A stretch of 64,000 nucleotides of DNA, from the IMG/VR virus record IMGVR_UViG_3300020596_000023, positions 1 through 64,000 of that record, one strand, 5' to 3'. The position numbers and the translations under genes are program-made. This stretch comes from a virus. Shown here in pieces: positions 19,007 through 29,100 of this stretch (its first letter is position 1; every line of letters begins with the position of its first letter). The notes beneath the pieces are model-generated. The model worked only from the letters and a program-made list of their open reading frames with translations, was not told the DNA's origin and did not search any database.

Positions 19007-19471
19007 ATGATTGTTAATTATTTGAAACATCAAAATAAGTTCATTGAACTCCTCCCAAAGAGTGATAATAATGATCCAGACGAAATTGGTAATCTAACTA
19101 AATTTCTCCGTGAAGCTGAGTTCAAAACTTTAGTTAGAAACATTTTCTTTAAATACAGAGAAGTTTATCCACAATTTAGACTACCTAAGAATAATAGCTT
19201 AGATTGGTTTCATAACCACTTTGCTTTATCATTCGATGATGAGTTAGTATTAGACTATGGTAATGTTTATATACCAAATTCTAATGTTGACGAAGATTGT
19301 TACAATTCTTTTCTATCCGTATTAGATTATCTTAATCCAGAACAAGATGCTGAATTTATTCTCAAACTCACAGAACCATCTGATAGGCAATTGGCCTATG
19401 GATGCAGGATTTACAATCCCCTTCTTGGACAATCTGGAAGAAATGCTGATTACAGAAAAGCAGCATTTTAA
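19007..19471 (+). CDS. hypothetical protein
   Basis: 154 aa; 3' end overlaps UDG. Confidence 0.65.
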   Translation: MIVNYLKHQNKFIELLPKSDNNDPDEIGNLTKFLREAEFKTLVRNIFFKYREVYPQFRLPKNNSLDWFHNHFALSFDDELVLDYGNVYIPNSNVDEDCYNSFLSVLDYLNPEQDAEFILKLTEPSDRQLAYGCRIYNPLLGQSGRNADYRKAAF

Positions 19472-20015
19472 TGTCTTTCCAAAACAAGCTAATATTTTTA
19501 AAGCTTTAGAAGAAACTAATCCAAATGACATTAAAGCTGTCATAATTGGACAAGATCCATATCCTACAGCTGGTCAAGCTATTGGAGTTGCATTTGCTAG
19601 TGATACTATGACTGCATCTTTAGATAAGATTGAAAAAGCTTTAAGATTGTTATTGTCTGACAGTAAATTTATACTAAGGCCGTCTATGACAGAATTTAGA
19701 AGTAAGGTTTTGCTTTTAAATTCTGCTCTAACTGTAAGAGAAGGAAAACCTAATGCTCACTATAGCTTTTGGCAACCATTTATGGTAGAGCTAATTAAAA
19801 CTATTACTGAGCTTTGTCCAGATGTCCCATTGTTCTTATGGGGTACACAAGCTTTGAAACTATTTGAAGTTGCTTTGAAAAAACATAAGTTAAATTCTAC
19901 TACTGTTTATATTTCAGAGCATCCAGCATTTGCTGCTAGAAGAGGTAAAGCTTTTGTCATCAATGGTGGTGACAAATTAATTAAAATTGTTTATGGAAAA
20001 AAGGCCTGTAGATAG
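19347..20015 (+). CDS. ung: uracil-DNA glycosylase, family 1
   Basis: IIGQDPYP, AIGVAF, LLLNSALTV, LWG, HPA. Confidence 0.93.
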   Translation: MLNLFSNSQNHLIGNWPMDAGFTIPFLDNLEEMLITEKQHFNVFPKQANIFKALEETNPNDIKAVIIGQDPYPTAGQAIGVAFASDTMTASLDKIEKALRLLLSDSKFILRPSMTEFRSKVLLLNSALTVREGKPNAHYSFWQPFMVELIKTITELCPDVPLFLWGTQALKLFEVALKKHKLNSTTVYISEHPAFAARRGKAFVINGGDKLIKIVYGKKACR

Positions 20016-20148
20016 AACTAAGGTTGGTAAGAAAGCTGAAAAGAAGTTACAAAAAAAGACTTGTGCTTGCTTACAGACTAAATGTCTTTGTAAACTAACT
20101 AAATTAAAAAGAAATGACAAAGGAAGATTCGTTATTGAACCGCAATAG
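19993..20148 (+). CDS. small basic Cys-containing protein (not in ORF track)
   Basis: MEKRPVDRTK...CACLQTKCLC...EPQ*, 51 aa, overlapping both neighbours. Confidence 0.4.
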   Translation: MEKRPVDRTKVGKKAEKKLQKKTCACLQTKCLCKLTKLKRNDKGRFVIEPQ

Positions 20149-20746
20149 CTTATTGCTTGATCCAGATGAAAGAGACTTATTTAATCAGATATTAGAAGCT
20201 GACTTGGAAGAGTCTGATGAAGATCACTCTGATAATCTATCAATTTTGCAAGATCAACTATCTGTAGAATATATTGATAGATATATTAAGTTTATTAAAC
20301 TACTAGAAGCAGAAAGCGGAATTTTGAAAGAGCGAGCAAATACCTTTCAGAAAAGAACAAAAAACGTAGAAGCTAGAATATCCTTCTTAAAAGAACAGAT
20401 TTGTATTTTAGTTAATCAAGCTGGAACTGTTTCTAAAACTGGAACTAAATTTGTACAAGGAGAGATGTTCAAAGTTACTAGAATTATAACTACGTCTAAA
20501 CAAGTTAATGTAGAAGATCTTGAACCAAACTGTATAGAGTTTAAAGTTACTGCAATGGTTAAGACTAAAAACGAAGCTTTAATGCTTCGAGATAGTCTTG
20601 AAAATGCGGTTGTAGAATCTGTACCTATCAAAGATCAAGTAGACGTTATTGTTAAAGATTTAGCTGAAAGAGCTAAACGTACTGAAACTATTATGAGAGA
20701 ATCCGGTGTAACTGTTATTCCTTCATCTTATCCAAGATTCAGCTAA
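20114..20746 (+). CDS. Siphovirus Gp157-like protein
   Basis: Coiled coil LKERANTFQKRTKNVEARISFLKE and overall length/pattern. Confidence 0.65.
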   Translation: MTKEDSLLNRNSLLLDPDERDLFNQILEADLEESDEDHSDNLSILQDQLSVEYIDRYIKFIKLLEAESGILKERANTFQKRTKNVEARISFLKEQICILVNQAGTVSKTGTKFVQGEMFKVTRIITTSKQVNVEDLEPNCIEFKVTAMVKTKNEALMLRDSLENAVVESVPIKDQVDVIVKDLAERAKRTETIMRESGVTVIPSSYPRFS

Positions 20747-20982
20747 TGCTAAAATTCATTAAGAGGTTAATCAATTCAGGCAATCAAGATAGTGCGGCTA
20801 GTACTATTGCTAAAGAAGTTTTAGAAAAACAAGCTACTGTTAGTCATGAGCAAGCAGTAAGATTGAATACCGTAAGATACGGTGACCCTAAGGAAGCTAA
20901 GAAAGCTGCAAATGATTTATTAAAACCTGTTGACTCTAAAAGATCTCGATTAGATGAAACAAAAAGTAAACAAAAAAAATGA
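20746..20982 (+). CDS. hypothetical protein
   Basis: 78 aa, TAATG coupling. Confidence 0.65.
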   Translation: MLKFIKRLINSGNQDSAASTIAKEVLEKQATVSHEQAVRLNTVRYGDPKEAKKAANDLLKPVDSKRSRLDETKSKQKK

Positions 20983-21266
20983 TAAAAATAAAAAGACTTG
21001 AACCATTCATAGTTACTTCTTGTGAAGTACAAAAAGGTAACATAATTTCTACAGAAGACATTTGTGTCACTAAAAAGATTGCTAAAGGTACACAACGCTT
21101 TGGCTTTATACCTTCTACATTAAATCAAGATGATTACAGTCTTGAACCCATTGATGTACAAGTTGATGGTAGAACTAAAATCAATTTGATTAAACACTGT
21201 ACAGACGGTATTATTGCTAAACTTACGGGTAAATACAAAATTTTTGGAAATGATGTCTCCAAATAA
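20979..21266 (+). CDS. hypothetical protein
   Basis: 95 aa, ATGA coupling. Confidence 0.65.
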   Translation: MIKIKRLEPFIVTSCEVQKGNIISTEDICVTKKIAKGTQRFGFIPSTLNQDDYSLEPIDVQVDGRTKINLIKHCTDGIIAKLTGKYKIFGNDVSK

Positions 21267-21693
21267 TTTGAAGTTGAATTACTGGTTTTATCAAGTTCCA
21301 GAAGACAACGATATAGATTGGGAAAATATAGGTTCAATGCTAAAAGATTCTATAAGAATGTTTTTGCAAGAAAACGTAGCTGAGTATATCGCTGACATAA
21401 CAGACTGTTTCGATAAATCAGAAGTTACTATAACTTCCCAATTTAAAGTTGAATCAGATTTTGGAGATTATTATGTTGATGGTGTTGTAGTTATTATTGA
21501 AATAGTATCGCAATGTTGCTGTCTTATTTCAGTATTAACTACAGCATTAATTGATTTGTATTGTTGTGCCGAAGATGTCAGAGATATGATAAGAGAACTG
21601 CACTGTGCAGAAGTTGACTTAAATCTTTATCCAACCTTAATTTATAATATCCATGTTGAACGTAATGCACAATCCACGACCTGTCTTAATTGA
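21214..21693 (+). CDS. acidic hypothetical protein
   Basis: ORF, probable start near 21250; Asp/Glu/Cys-rich. Confidence 0.6.
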   Translation: MLNLRVNTKFLEMMSPNNLKLNYWFYQVPEDNDIDWENIGSMLKDSIRMFLQENVAEYIADITDCFDKSEVTITSQFKVESDFGDYYVDGVVVIIEIVSQCCCLISVLTTALIDLYCCAEDVRDMIRELHCAEVDLNLYPTLIYNIHVERNAQSTTCLN

Positions 21694-22642
21694 CAAATTT
21701 GCAAGTCATACTAGATTGGAACTAGAAGTAAACATACCAGATGTTCAGCATATTTTGAATTGTAGTAGGACTAATTTCAATATTGTCAAAAAACCTTTGC
21801 TTATTCAAATTGGTCATACTATAGACGATAAATGTAAATTTTCGTTTATTGAGACTGGTAAGTTTATTTTAGGTAAAAAAGACAAACTTGATCACGTCTT
21901 TAACTCCGTTGTAACAAATCGTTACCATGTGATTCAGAACTCTGATATGTTAGAACTTACTATGAATATCATTAACGAGTTTAATAATCAGAACGAGTTC
22001 AAGCCATTTATTTATTATAATAGCGGTAGCACTCCTGATAGTTCTATTTGTTATTATAGTTTCAAAGTAACTGATATTGAATTGCCAATTATTGGTAAGA
22101 CTGATTACTACTTAGTTGTTGTAGCTAATCACAACAAGTGTTCTTGTAAAATTATGTTTACACCTGTTAGAGTTGCTTGTCATAACGCACTTGATCGAGC
22201 TTATAGAAGTTCCGGATGGTCGTTGCTCATTTCTCATAAATCTAAGATTTCAGATAAAAAATTACTAACTAACTTTAGTAATTTCTTTTTTAAGTCTGAG
22301 GATAGTCTTAAAAAAGACTGGCAAGATATGAATAGTCGTACACTTGAATTTGATACGTATAAGATTATTCTAAGAGAACTCTATCAAATAAAGCCTACTA
22401 TGTCAATCTACGATAAGAGCATTGACAAGCGAGTACGAAAGGCTATAACGGATTTAGCAGCCACATATTATGACGGACTTGGTCAGTCAAGTTTAGAAGA
22501 CCATACAGTTGCTAAAGCTGTATCTGCTATTACCTGTTATGAGCAAAATTATATTGATGATAAAAAAGTTAAGCTAAAGACTTTCTTTGAACCATTATTG
22601 TCTCATAAATTTTATAATTGTTTAAAAAAACATTTAAACTAA
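21653..22642 (+). CDS. DUF932/DUF945 family protein
   Basis: VVTNRYHVIQN, TPVRVACHNAL, ISH. Confidence 0.8.
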   Translation: MLNVMHNPRPVLIDKFASHTRLELEVNIPDVQHILNCSRTNFNIVKKPLLIQIGHTIDDKCKFSFIETGKFILGKKDKLDHVFNSVVTNRYHVIQNSDMLELTMNIINEFNNQNEFKPFIYYNSGSTPDSSICYYSFKVTDIELPIIGKTDYYLVVVANHNKCSCKIMFTPVRVACHNALDRAYRSSGWSLLISHKSKISDKKLLTNFSNFFFKSEDSLKKDWQDMNSRTLEFDTYKIILRELYQIKPTMSIYDKSIDKRVRKAITDLAATYYDGLGQSSLEDHTVAKAVSAITCYEQNYIDDKKVKLKTFFEPLLSHKFYNCLKKHLN

Positions 22643-23193
22643 TGGGTATAACTGAAAAAACATTTGAGTTCCTGAATGCATCTAAAGATAGAAATAGCAT
22701 GACTAAAAAGGACTTGAAAAGATCAGCTTTAAATAGCCTTATGTTGATTGCAGAAGAGTTCGGAGAGTTGTTAGCTGCTTTGAATTTAGATGATCGCTTA
22801 CGAAAACGTATAGCTTGGCAGGTTTTTGAGGGTAATTCTTCAAAGCTTGTTAAAATAGATGTTCCTGAAATTGTTGATGCTCTTTGTGATCTCAAAGTAG
22901 TCATAAGTAATTTTGAGTATTTCTTGTACTTGGAAAAAACTGTAGCTAATGCAATTGATGCTGTTGAAGAAAACAATCTTACTAAATTCATTACTATGGA
23001 TTTTGTAGAAGCTAGTGTTGAAGCTTACAAAAAACTTGGCATTAATGTAATTGCTGTAGAAAATCCTTCTACACATTTATTTGCATTAATAGATTCTAAT
23101 GGTAAGATTCGTAAACCTATAACTTACATACCTGTCCAACTTCAAATAGATTTTACTACTATTAAAACTGTAGAAGAAATTTTAGAAAGTTAA
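22642..23193 (+). CDS. MazG-like/PRA-PH-like nucleoside triphosphate pyrophosphohydrolase
   Basis: LIAEEFGEL, EIVDALCDL, NNLTK, GKIRKP; likely start MGITE. Confidence 0.8.
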   Translation: MGITEKTFEFLNASKDRNSMTKKDLKRSALNSLMLIAEEFGELLAALNLDDRLRKRIAWQVFEGNSSKLVKIDVPEIVDALCDLKVVISNFEYFLYLEKTVANAIDAVEENNLTKFITMDFVEASVEAYKKLGINVIAVENPSTHLFALIDSNGKIRKPITYIPVQLQIDFTTIKTVEEILES

Positions 23194-23222
23194 ATCAATT
23201 AGACAAAGTTTGTATTAATCGT

Positions 23223-23253
23223 AAGCCCGCTTGTGCAAACAAGTGGGCTTTTT
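23223..23253 (+). terminator. intrinsic terminator
   Basis: AAGCCCGCTTGT / ACAAGTGGGCTT plus T tract. Confidence 0.8.
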
Positions 23254-23277
23254 CATTTCACTAAAACTCAAGTCAAG

Positions 23278-23547
23278 ATGGTATTATTGTCAATAAATAG
23301 TAGAGTAAGATGTTGCTCTAGGCATAAAGAATATTTAGTACCTGTCATAGGTACATTTAAATTTCGCGAAACAGAGGCTTGGTGTCCTTATTGTGGAGCT
23401 ACTTATGAGTTTTTCGATGGATATTCTTATGCCGAAAAAAGTCTAATACTTACAAAGAGGTCAGAACTATTTGCCGAGTTATCTAATAATTATTTATCAG
23501 ATAAGGCAGAAGACTACGAGTATAACCAAAAACCAGATAAAGTCTAA
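23278..23547 (+). CDS. small zinc-ribbon-like protein
   Basis: CSRH...WCPYCG; start moved downstream of the terminator. Confidence 0.6.
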   Translation: MVLLSINSRVRCCSRHKEYLVPVIGTFKFRETEAWCPYCGATYEFFDGYSYAEKSLILTKRSELFAELSNNYLSDKAEDYEYNQKPDKV

Positions 23548-23576
23548 TTAGCTAAATTTTTAAACATAAACAATTT

Positions 23577-24032
23577 ATGAAAACGTACATAAACAAATAC
23601 AAACTTCAAATGGTCAAAGACTCTGTAATAGAGTATTCTACACTTCCTACTACTTGTAGTAACGATTGTTTTGATATTCTTAAAAGATTTCTTGATCCTG
23701 CCATTACTAGATGTCAAGAGCAATTTTCAATACTAGGTCTTAACACAGCATTAAGACCTATTGGATGGACTGAAATTAGCCTTGGTGGTAGTGCTGAAAC
23801 AACTGTTGATCCTAAGATAGTATTTCGTGCAGCATTACAAGGCGGCTATACTAGGATCATATTATGTCATAACCATCCTTCTGATGCTATGAAGCCGAGT
23901 ACTGCTGATTTAGAAATCACGCAAAGTTTAGTAAAAAGTGGTAAACTACTTGACTTAATTATACTTGACCATATTATAGTAGATAGCGAACTTGAGAATT
24001 TTTACAGCTTTGCTGATAATAATTTGATTTAA
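23577..24032 (+). CDS. radC: RadC-like JAB/MPN domain protein
   Basis: QEQF, VDPKIVF, CHNHPSD, PSTAD, LDHIIV. Confidence 0.92.
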   Translation: MKTYINKYKLQMVKDSVIEYSTLPTTCSNDCFDILKRFLDPAITRCQEQFSILGLNTALRPIGWTEISLGGSAETTVDPKIVFRAALQGGYTRIILCHNHPSDAMKPSTADLEITQSLVKSGKLLDLIILDHIIVDSELENFYSFADNNLI

Positions 24033-24091
24033 CTGCACTTTAGAACTGAGAAAGAATTGAAACAATATTAATTAACATCAATTAATAAGTT

Positions 24092-24598
24092 ATGAGTAAT
24101 AAAAGTATGTTCCAATTAATTAAAATAGGTAGTAAAACTGAAATAAAAGAATTTGCTACTTGGGATGAATACCATGACTTTCGCATAACTAACTATGTCA
24201 GTTATGCTAGCGGAAGTTATGGTAGTGAAGCAGAACTTAGAATAGGTACTAAAATGCTAGACGATCCCTGTAAATTTTGTGGTAACCATGTAGTTACTAC
24301 TTATTATGAACCTATAAAAACTCAACTAAGAGAAAGATGTATTTGCTTTAGTTGTAACTTTTGGTATGAAATTGTGCAAAATAAAAACAATAAAAAACGG
24401 GTTTTTATAAATGGTAGTGCATATACGATTCAACCAGAAACTGAAAAAGGTAGTAGAGGTTTTGGTGGTAAACAGTTTACGATTAAAAAGTTTGATGAAG
24501 TTGAAATTATAATTACTACTAATTTATGGAGTAGTGGTGAAATACCAGAATATTTTAAAAACCAGTTACCAGACAATGCAGTTTTAGTAACAATCTAA
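24092..24598 (+). CDS. hypothetical protein with CxxC pairs
   Basis: CKFCG, CFSCNFW, GFGG, TTNLWSSGEIP. Confidence 0.75.
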   Translation: MSNKSMFQLIKIGSKTEIKEFATWDEYHDFRITNYVSYASGSYGSEAELRIGTKMLDDPCKFCGNHVVTTYYEPIKTQLRERCICFSCNFWYEIVQNKNNKKRVFINGSAYTIQPETEKGSRGFGGKQFTIKKFDEVEIIITTNLWSSGEIPEYFKNQLPDNAVLVTI

Positions 24599-24609
24599 AA
24601 TTTACAACA

Positions 24610-24849
24610 ATGCTTGAATTTGATTTTCCGATACAACAAACTGTTAGCACTTTCTATAATGGAAGTTTAGTTATAAATGCTATGTCAAAACTAGAAGCTA
24701 TAGAAATACTATCTAAAATGACTTACGAAGAAGTACACGAAGCTGTAACTCTTTGGGAGATTAATTTAGACGTTGATAGTACTGAACCTATTGAAGTGTT
24801 TGATGAAACAATGAAAAGAATAACAACTAAAAAAATGGAAGATGACTAA
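24610..24849 (+). CDS. small acidic protein, paralogous to the N-terminus of 25200..25814
   Basis: 79 aa; shared VxAxxxxEA and IEVF patterns. Confidence 0.65.
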   Translation: MLEFDFPIQQTVSTFYNGSLVINAMSKLEAIEILSKMTYEEVHEAVTLWEINLDVDSTEPIEVFDETMKRITTKKMEDD

Positions 24850-25213
24850 ACAGGAACAGAAAAATAATCTTACAGCTTTTATGAGTAAGCTGCATTCTAC
24901 TAAAGACGAAATTATTGTAAAGTTTCAAAGAGACTTGATAAAACTGCTAACTTCTAAAGGAGATGACTATTCTAATTCAGATAGGTTATCAAACTTTAAA
25001 GAAGTAGCAGCAATGCTACATTCTGATCCAAGACTGGTTTGTTTGCAAATGATTGCTGTAAAAATTAGTAGGTTATCAAATCTGCTAAATACTAGTAAAG
25101 AACCTAATAATGAATCTGTAGATGATACTATAGATGATTTAAATGGTTATGCTTTATTGTTAAAACTAATTGATTTGGAACTTAAAAAAGAAGATGTAAA
25201 TGGAACAATTTGA
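24842..25213 (+). CDS. nucleotide-modification-associated domain protein (DUF1599/Nmad1-like)
   Basis: KGDDYS, NF, KISRL, ESVDDTIDDLNGY. Confidence 0.7.
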   Translation: MTKQEQKNNLTAFMSKLHSTKDEIIVKFQRDLIKLLTSKGDDYSNSDRLSNFKEVAAMLHSDPRLVCLQMIAVKISRLSNLLNTSKEPNNESVDDTIDDLNGYALLLKLIDLELKKEDVNGTI

Positions 25214-25814
25214 ATTTGAATTGAGACAGCCATATACAGGTACAGCTGAATCTGTAATTAAAGTTAAGGCAAACAATCTTGAAGAAGCTACTGCTATTGT
25301 ATCAAAGTTAGCTTATGAGACTTTAGAAGAAGCAGCCGTTAAAACTGATGGATGGATTTATGACGTTGATGAAGCTATTGATACTATAGAAGTTTTTTAT
25401 AAAAATAACTTTGTGTGCAATACTAAGTTTTCTGAGTATGTAGCGGATTCTACTAATAGCGAAAAGTTACAAATTGGAAACTTAGAGGGAATTGAACTAA
25501 TTGATAAAGAGCGTAATGAACAACTAATTAAGCATGGATTTTCTGTAGAGTCCGATGTTGCTAATTACGGAGCATCTTCTCAATTTGGTGTTCTAGCTGA
25601 TGTTGCTAAAGCTTGTATAGGCATTCGATACTTTGACGGCAATCATATATCTTATATTAAAGAATTTCCTTTTGGTTGGCCAAAAGAGTCTGCTACAGCT
25701 ATTGCACATAAACCTTACAAAGAACGATTGATTATTGCCGGAGCTTTAATAGCTGCTGAAATTGATAGGTTAATTTACATTGAAAATTTAGACAATAATA
25801 AGACAGAACTCTGA
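25200..25814 (+). CDS. two-domain phage protein with all-alpha C-terminal domain
   Basis: IDKERNEQLIKHGF...LIIAGALIAAEIDRL, a pattern common in phage proteins. Confidence 0.7.
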   Translation: MEQFEFELRQPYTGTAESVIKVKANNLEEATAIVSKLAYETLEEAAVKTDGWIYDVDEAIDTIEVFYKNNFVCNTKFSEYVADSTNSEKLQIGNLEGIELIDKERNEQLIKHGFSVESDVANYGASSQFGVLADVAKACIGIRYFDGNHISYIKEFPFGWPKESATAIAHKPYKERLIIAGALIAAEIDRLIYIENLDNNKTEL

Positions 25815-25871
25815 AAGAGTATGAATAGATTCTAGGAATAATAGTACTGGTAGTAAACCTACATTAATATC

Positions 25872-25909
25872 AATAACCCCAAAGTTCCCCAACTTTGGGG
25901 TTATTTTTT
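25872..25909 (+). terminator. terminator ending the + strand module
   Basis: AATAACCCCAAAGTT / AACTTTGGGGTTATT perfect 15-bp stem plus T tract. Confidence 0.85.
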
Positions 25910-26061
25910 AGCCTCGACTGATTTGTATTTGAAGGGGTCTGAGGCTGTACAGGATTACTCAGGATAGACGATAAATTTATAGTAATGTATTGGTATGAAT
26001 CGAATTGAGATCGTGGAAGGTGTGGAAGATATGGCAGCACTGTTGGATCAGTTTTTGCATG

Positions 26062-26096
26062 GTTGCCGGTAGAAGAGGAAAACCCTGCTAGATTCC
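26062..26096 (-). repeat. dispersed motif A copy 4
   Basis: Reverse complement GGAATCTAGCAGGGTTTTCCTCTTCTACCGGCAAC. Confidence 0.9.
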
Positions 26097-26129
26097 ATTC
26101 TTACCCAATTCTTACCCAATTCTTACCTA
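26097..26129. repeat. 11-bp tandem repeat x3
   Basis: ATTCTTACCCA ATTCTTACCCA ATTCTTACCTA. Confidence 0.85.
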
Positions 26130-26132
26130 CCT

Positions 26133-26165
26133 AAAACAAAAAAGGGGTAGTATTTACACTACCCC
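26133..26165 (-). terminator. terminator ending the - strand module
   Basis: GGGGTAGT / ACTACCCC stem preceded by an A tract on +. Confidence 0.8.
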
Positions 26166-26198
26166 AACCTAAATAGAAACAAATTGAATTAGATCTTT

Positions 26199-29100
26199 TT
26201 AGTAAGACCGCCTATTTAAAAACCAAGATAAAGCTTCTTCCATATCTCTATCCATATTCTTTAACAACACTGCTAAGTCTTCAATATTTTTATAAATCTT
26301 AGTCTCATCTCTTCTTCGACCAGTTTGGTATCTTTCAAAATCTCCACCAGTTGCAAGACTATACCCATCTGCACCAAGCTGAGTTAGTAATATTATCAAT
26401 CTATTTACCATAGTTAAAGCAATACTAGGAGTTCTTAAAGTTGATAGCATCTCATTAGGATTTATAAAAGTTGTTAATTCTTTAAATCCTCTAATAGAGT
26501 AAAAACTAATTGTTACCAGTAAAGCTTTTACAGCTTCATCATCTTCATCTTCTTTCAAAGATGCTGCTGTCATGCCAAGTATGTACAAAGTTGTAGCAGT
26601 CATTAAATCTCTAGTAGTTTTCTTAAGATTCGATCTTTGCCAATCTTCTAACTTATTTACTTTGAGGTTTCTTAACTTATTGAGTTTACCTATACCTTGA
26701 AATGATAGTAGTTCCCATTTCAATATTTTAGCATCTCTGTACAATTCAGCTAATAGTCTTATGCTAGTTGTGTAATAACCTTCGTTGTAAACTCCTTGTG
26801 CTCTACTATAAAATTTATCATCTTCAATTAAAGCGTCATATGGAACTCTGGCTGAACCGAAGCTTCTGAATCTTCTATGAACACCTCTAGGAGCAAACTT
26901 TCTTAATAGCATTATTAGTTGCCCCCACCAAGCTCTTTGAACCTCAGCCTTCATGTTAGGATTGTATTGACCTTGCAGATCGGCATTGACATCTTTAATT
27001 AACCGGCTTACATACAATTCAATCTCTTCCGATTCATTCTGGAAAGTTAAATCACCAGTCTTACTAGTATATACTACCTTTGGATTACGAATAAGCTTAT
27101 TACCTTCTACAGTGTAAGCTTCGTCTAAAGTCATTGCTTTATCTACATCTTTAGTAGCATTGCCTTCTTTGTCAAGATAATTCTTATCTTTATCCAATAC
27201 TTTGATATTATTAAGCATTGCATAAGCAGCAGTTGATTGTAAGCCATGCTCTGCCATATTGGACATAAAGTGCAATCTACTACCCTTAAAGAATTGTAAA
27301 GCTCTAGTTGATTCTAAAAAATGACTACCTACGGCTCTCCAATCGGTCAAGATCGTAAACTTTTCATTTAATAAGTTAGTCTTGCTAGTTGATACTCGTT
27401 TGCCAATATCGTTCACAATATGCAAAGTATCACTGTAATACTTTACTTGAGCTTTTCTCAAATCTTTAGCATCAAAATGCCTACTAGCCGCAGCTTCTAT
27501 AAAATTGTAGATGTTACCCGTCATTAAGTTTGTACCAGCAGAATAATAATTACCAACCAGTAATACATCAGCAGTGTACTTACTAATTGCATTAGCAAAC
27601 TGGGACATTTTAAAGCTAGAACTAGTACTAAGACCATAAATTTTATCATCTATAAAAGATTCCAAAGCTTTATAAGAATTAGAATTTTTACCTTTTGACA
27701 CAACAGGTCTAGGTATGGATTTACCAGTTAAAGCATCTATGTAAGATTTAACTCCTTCTAATGCAGATGGTGCAGTTTTGACTACATCTCTTTCTGCTAT
27801 AGCAACTTTAACTAATTCCGCTGTAAATAGTATCTTAGATTTCTCCGAATAATTTTTAGCCATCTGGTAATTTAAGGCTAATATTGTAGGTATATCTAAG
27901 CTAGCTTCACCCTCTTTTGCTGAGAATCTGTAGTTAACTGGAACTCTTTTGTAAGGCTCACCTTTCTCATCAGTTAAAATAGAAACTTCACGATTAATCT
28001 GTTTAATAGCCAGACTAGAAGTATCTGCTGTAACTCCTGTTCTATCTGAACCATAACCAGGCTCAGTTGCTTCATCTCTTTTGAATCGCCCAAATTTAGT
28101 CTTGACATAATTAAACAACCCTTGTTCACCTACAATTTCATATATGGATTGCTTGGCTACTGTAGGAAGTTTTACAACTCTTGTGCGAGTTGAACCTGAT
28201 ATTAACCGATCATATTCCAATAAGAATTTATCCGATTCAGCTATAATATTATAATAACTATCATAAGCTTTTTTCAAATTAGGATCATTCTGAACCTTAG
28301 ACCAATTTGGATTCTTCCATTTATCAGTTGGCACTACTTCATCAAACTCATTCTTACCAGCTTTGATATATTCAGGTTTAAGAAAACTATCATACCATTT
28401 AGCCTTAGGCTTTACTTTATGGTATTGTTTGTTATTGGTTTTAAGAATACTAAATACTGGTAATGGTATAGGATTGTTAGAGTTACTACCAATAACATCA
28501 GCTACTGTAGTTTTAGCACTAGCTCTAAAATTCTTGTTAGGTTCAAATACGACATTGTTTCTAAAAAAATCTTTAAGAGATTGTACAGTTGTATTATTAA
28601 CAGCATTCAGAAAAGCTTCAAAAGAATCTTTAACGTCTGTTAATAAACGATCCGATTCGGATGAGTCCCAATTAGGATTAGTTTGATAGTCTTTGAACAA
28701 TTTAGTTTTAGCTCTGTAATCTTTGTTCAAATTTTTAACGATAACATCTTTATTAATTTGCTTGTAATAATCTTTGTAAAAGACTTTGCTAATTACATCA
28801 GTAGTATTAAGATCGAGGAACTCTTGTTCTTTGCCAGATTGTTTAGCAGCTTTTCGTGCAGCAGTAAATTCAGATTGTTTAAACTGTCTAGTATACATGT
28901 CTTTGAACAATCCTTTGAAGTTCGATACAGCTATAGCTATTTCTAATTCCATACCATCTTTACGAATACCATCAGTATCGTAAATGCTAAAGACTTGATT
29001 ATACTTAGCTTCAAGACCCGCAAGTAGCTTCGAGACTTCGGGGGGAAGACTTAATATATCAACTTTACCATTTTCTTTAAATGGTCTTAGTAAAGCTGCT

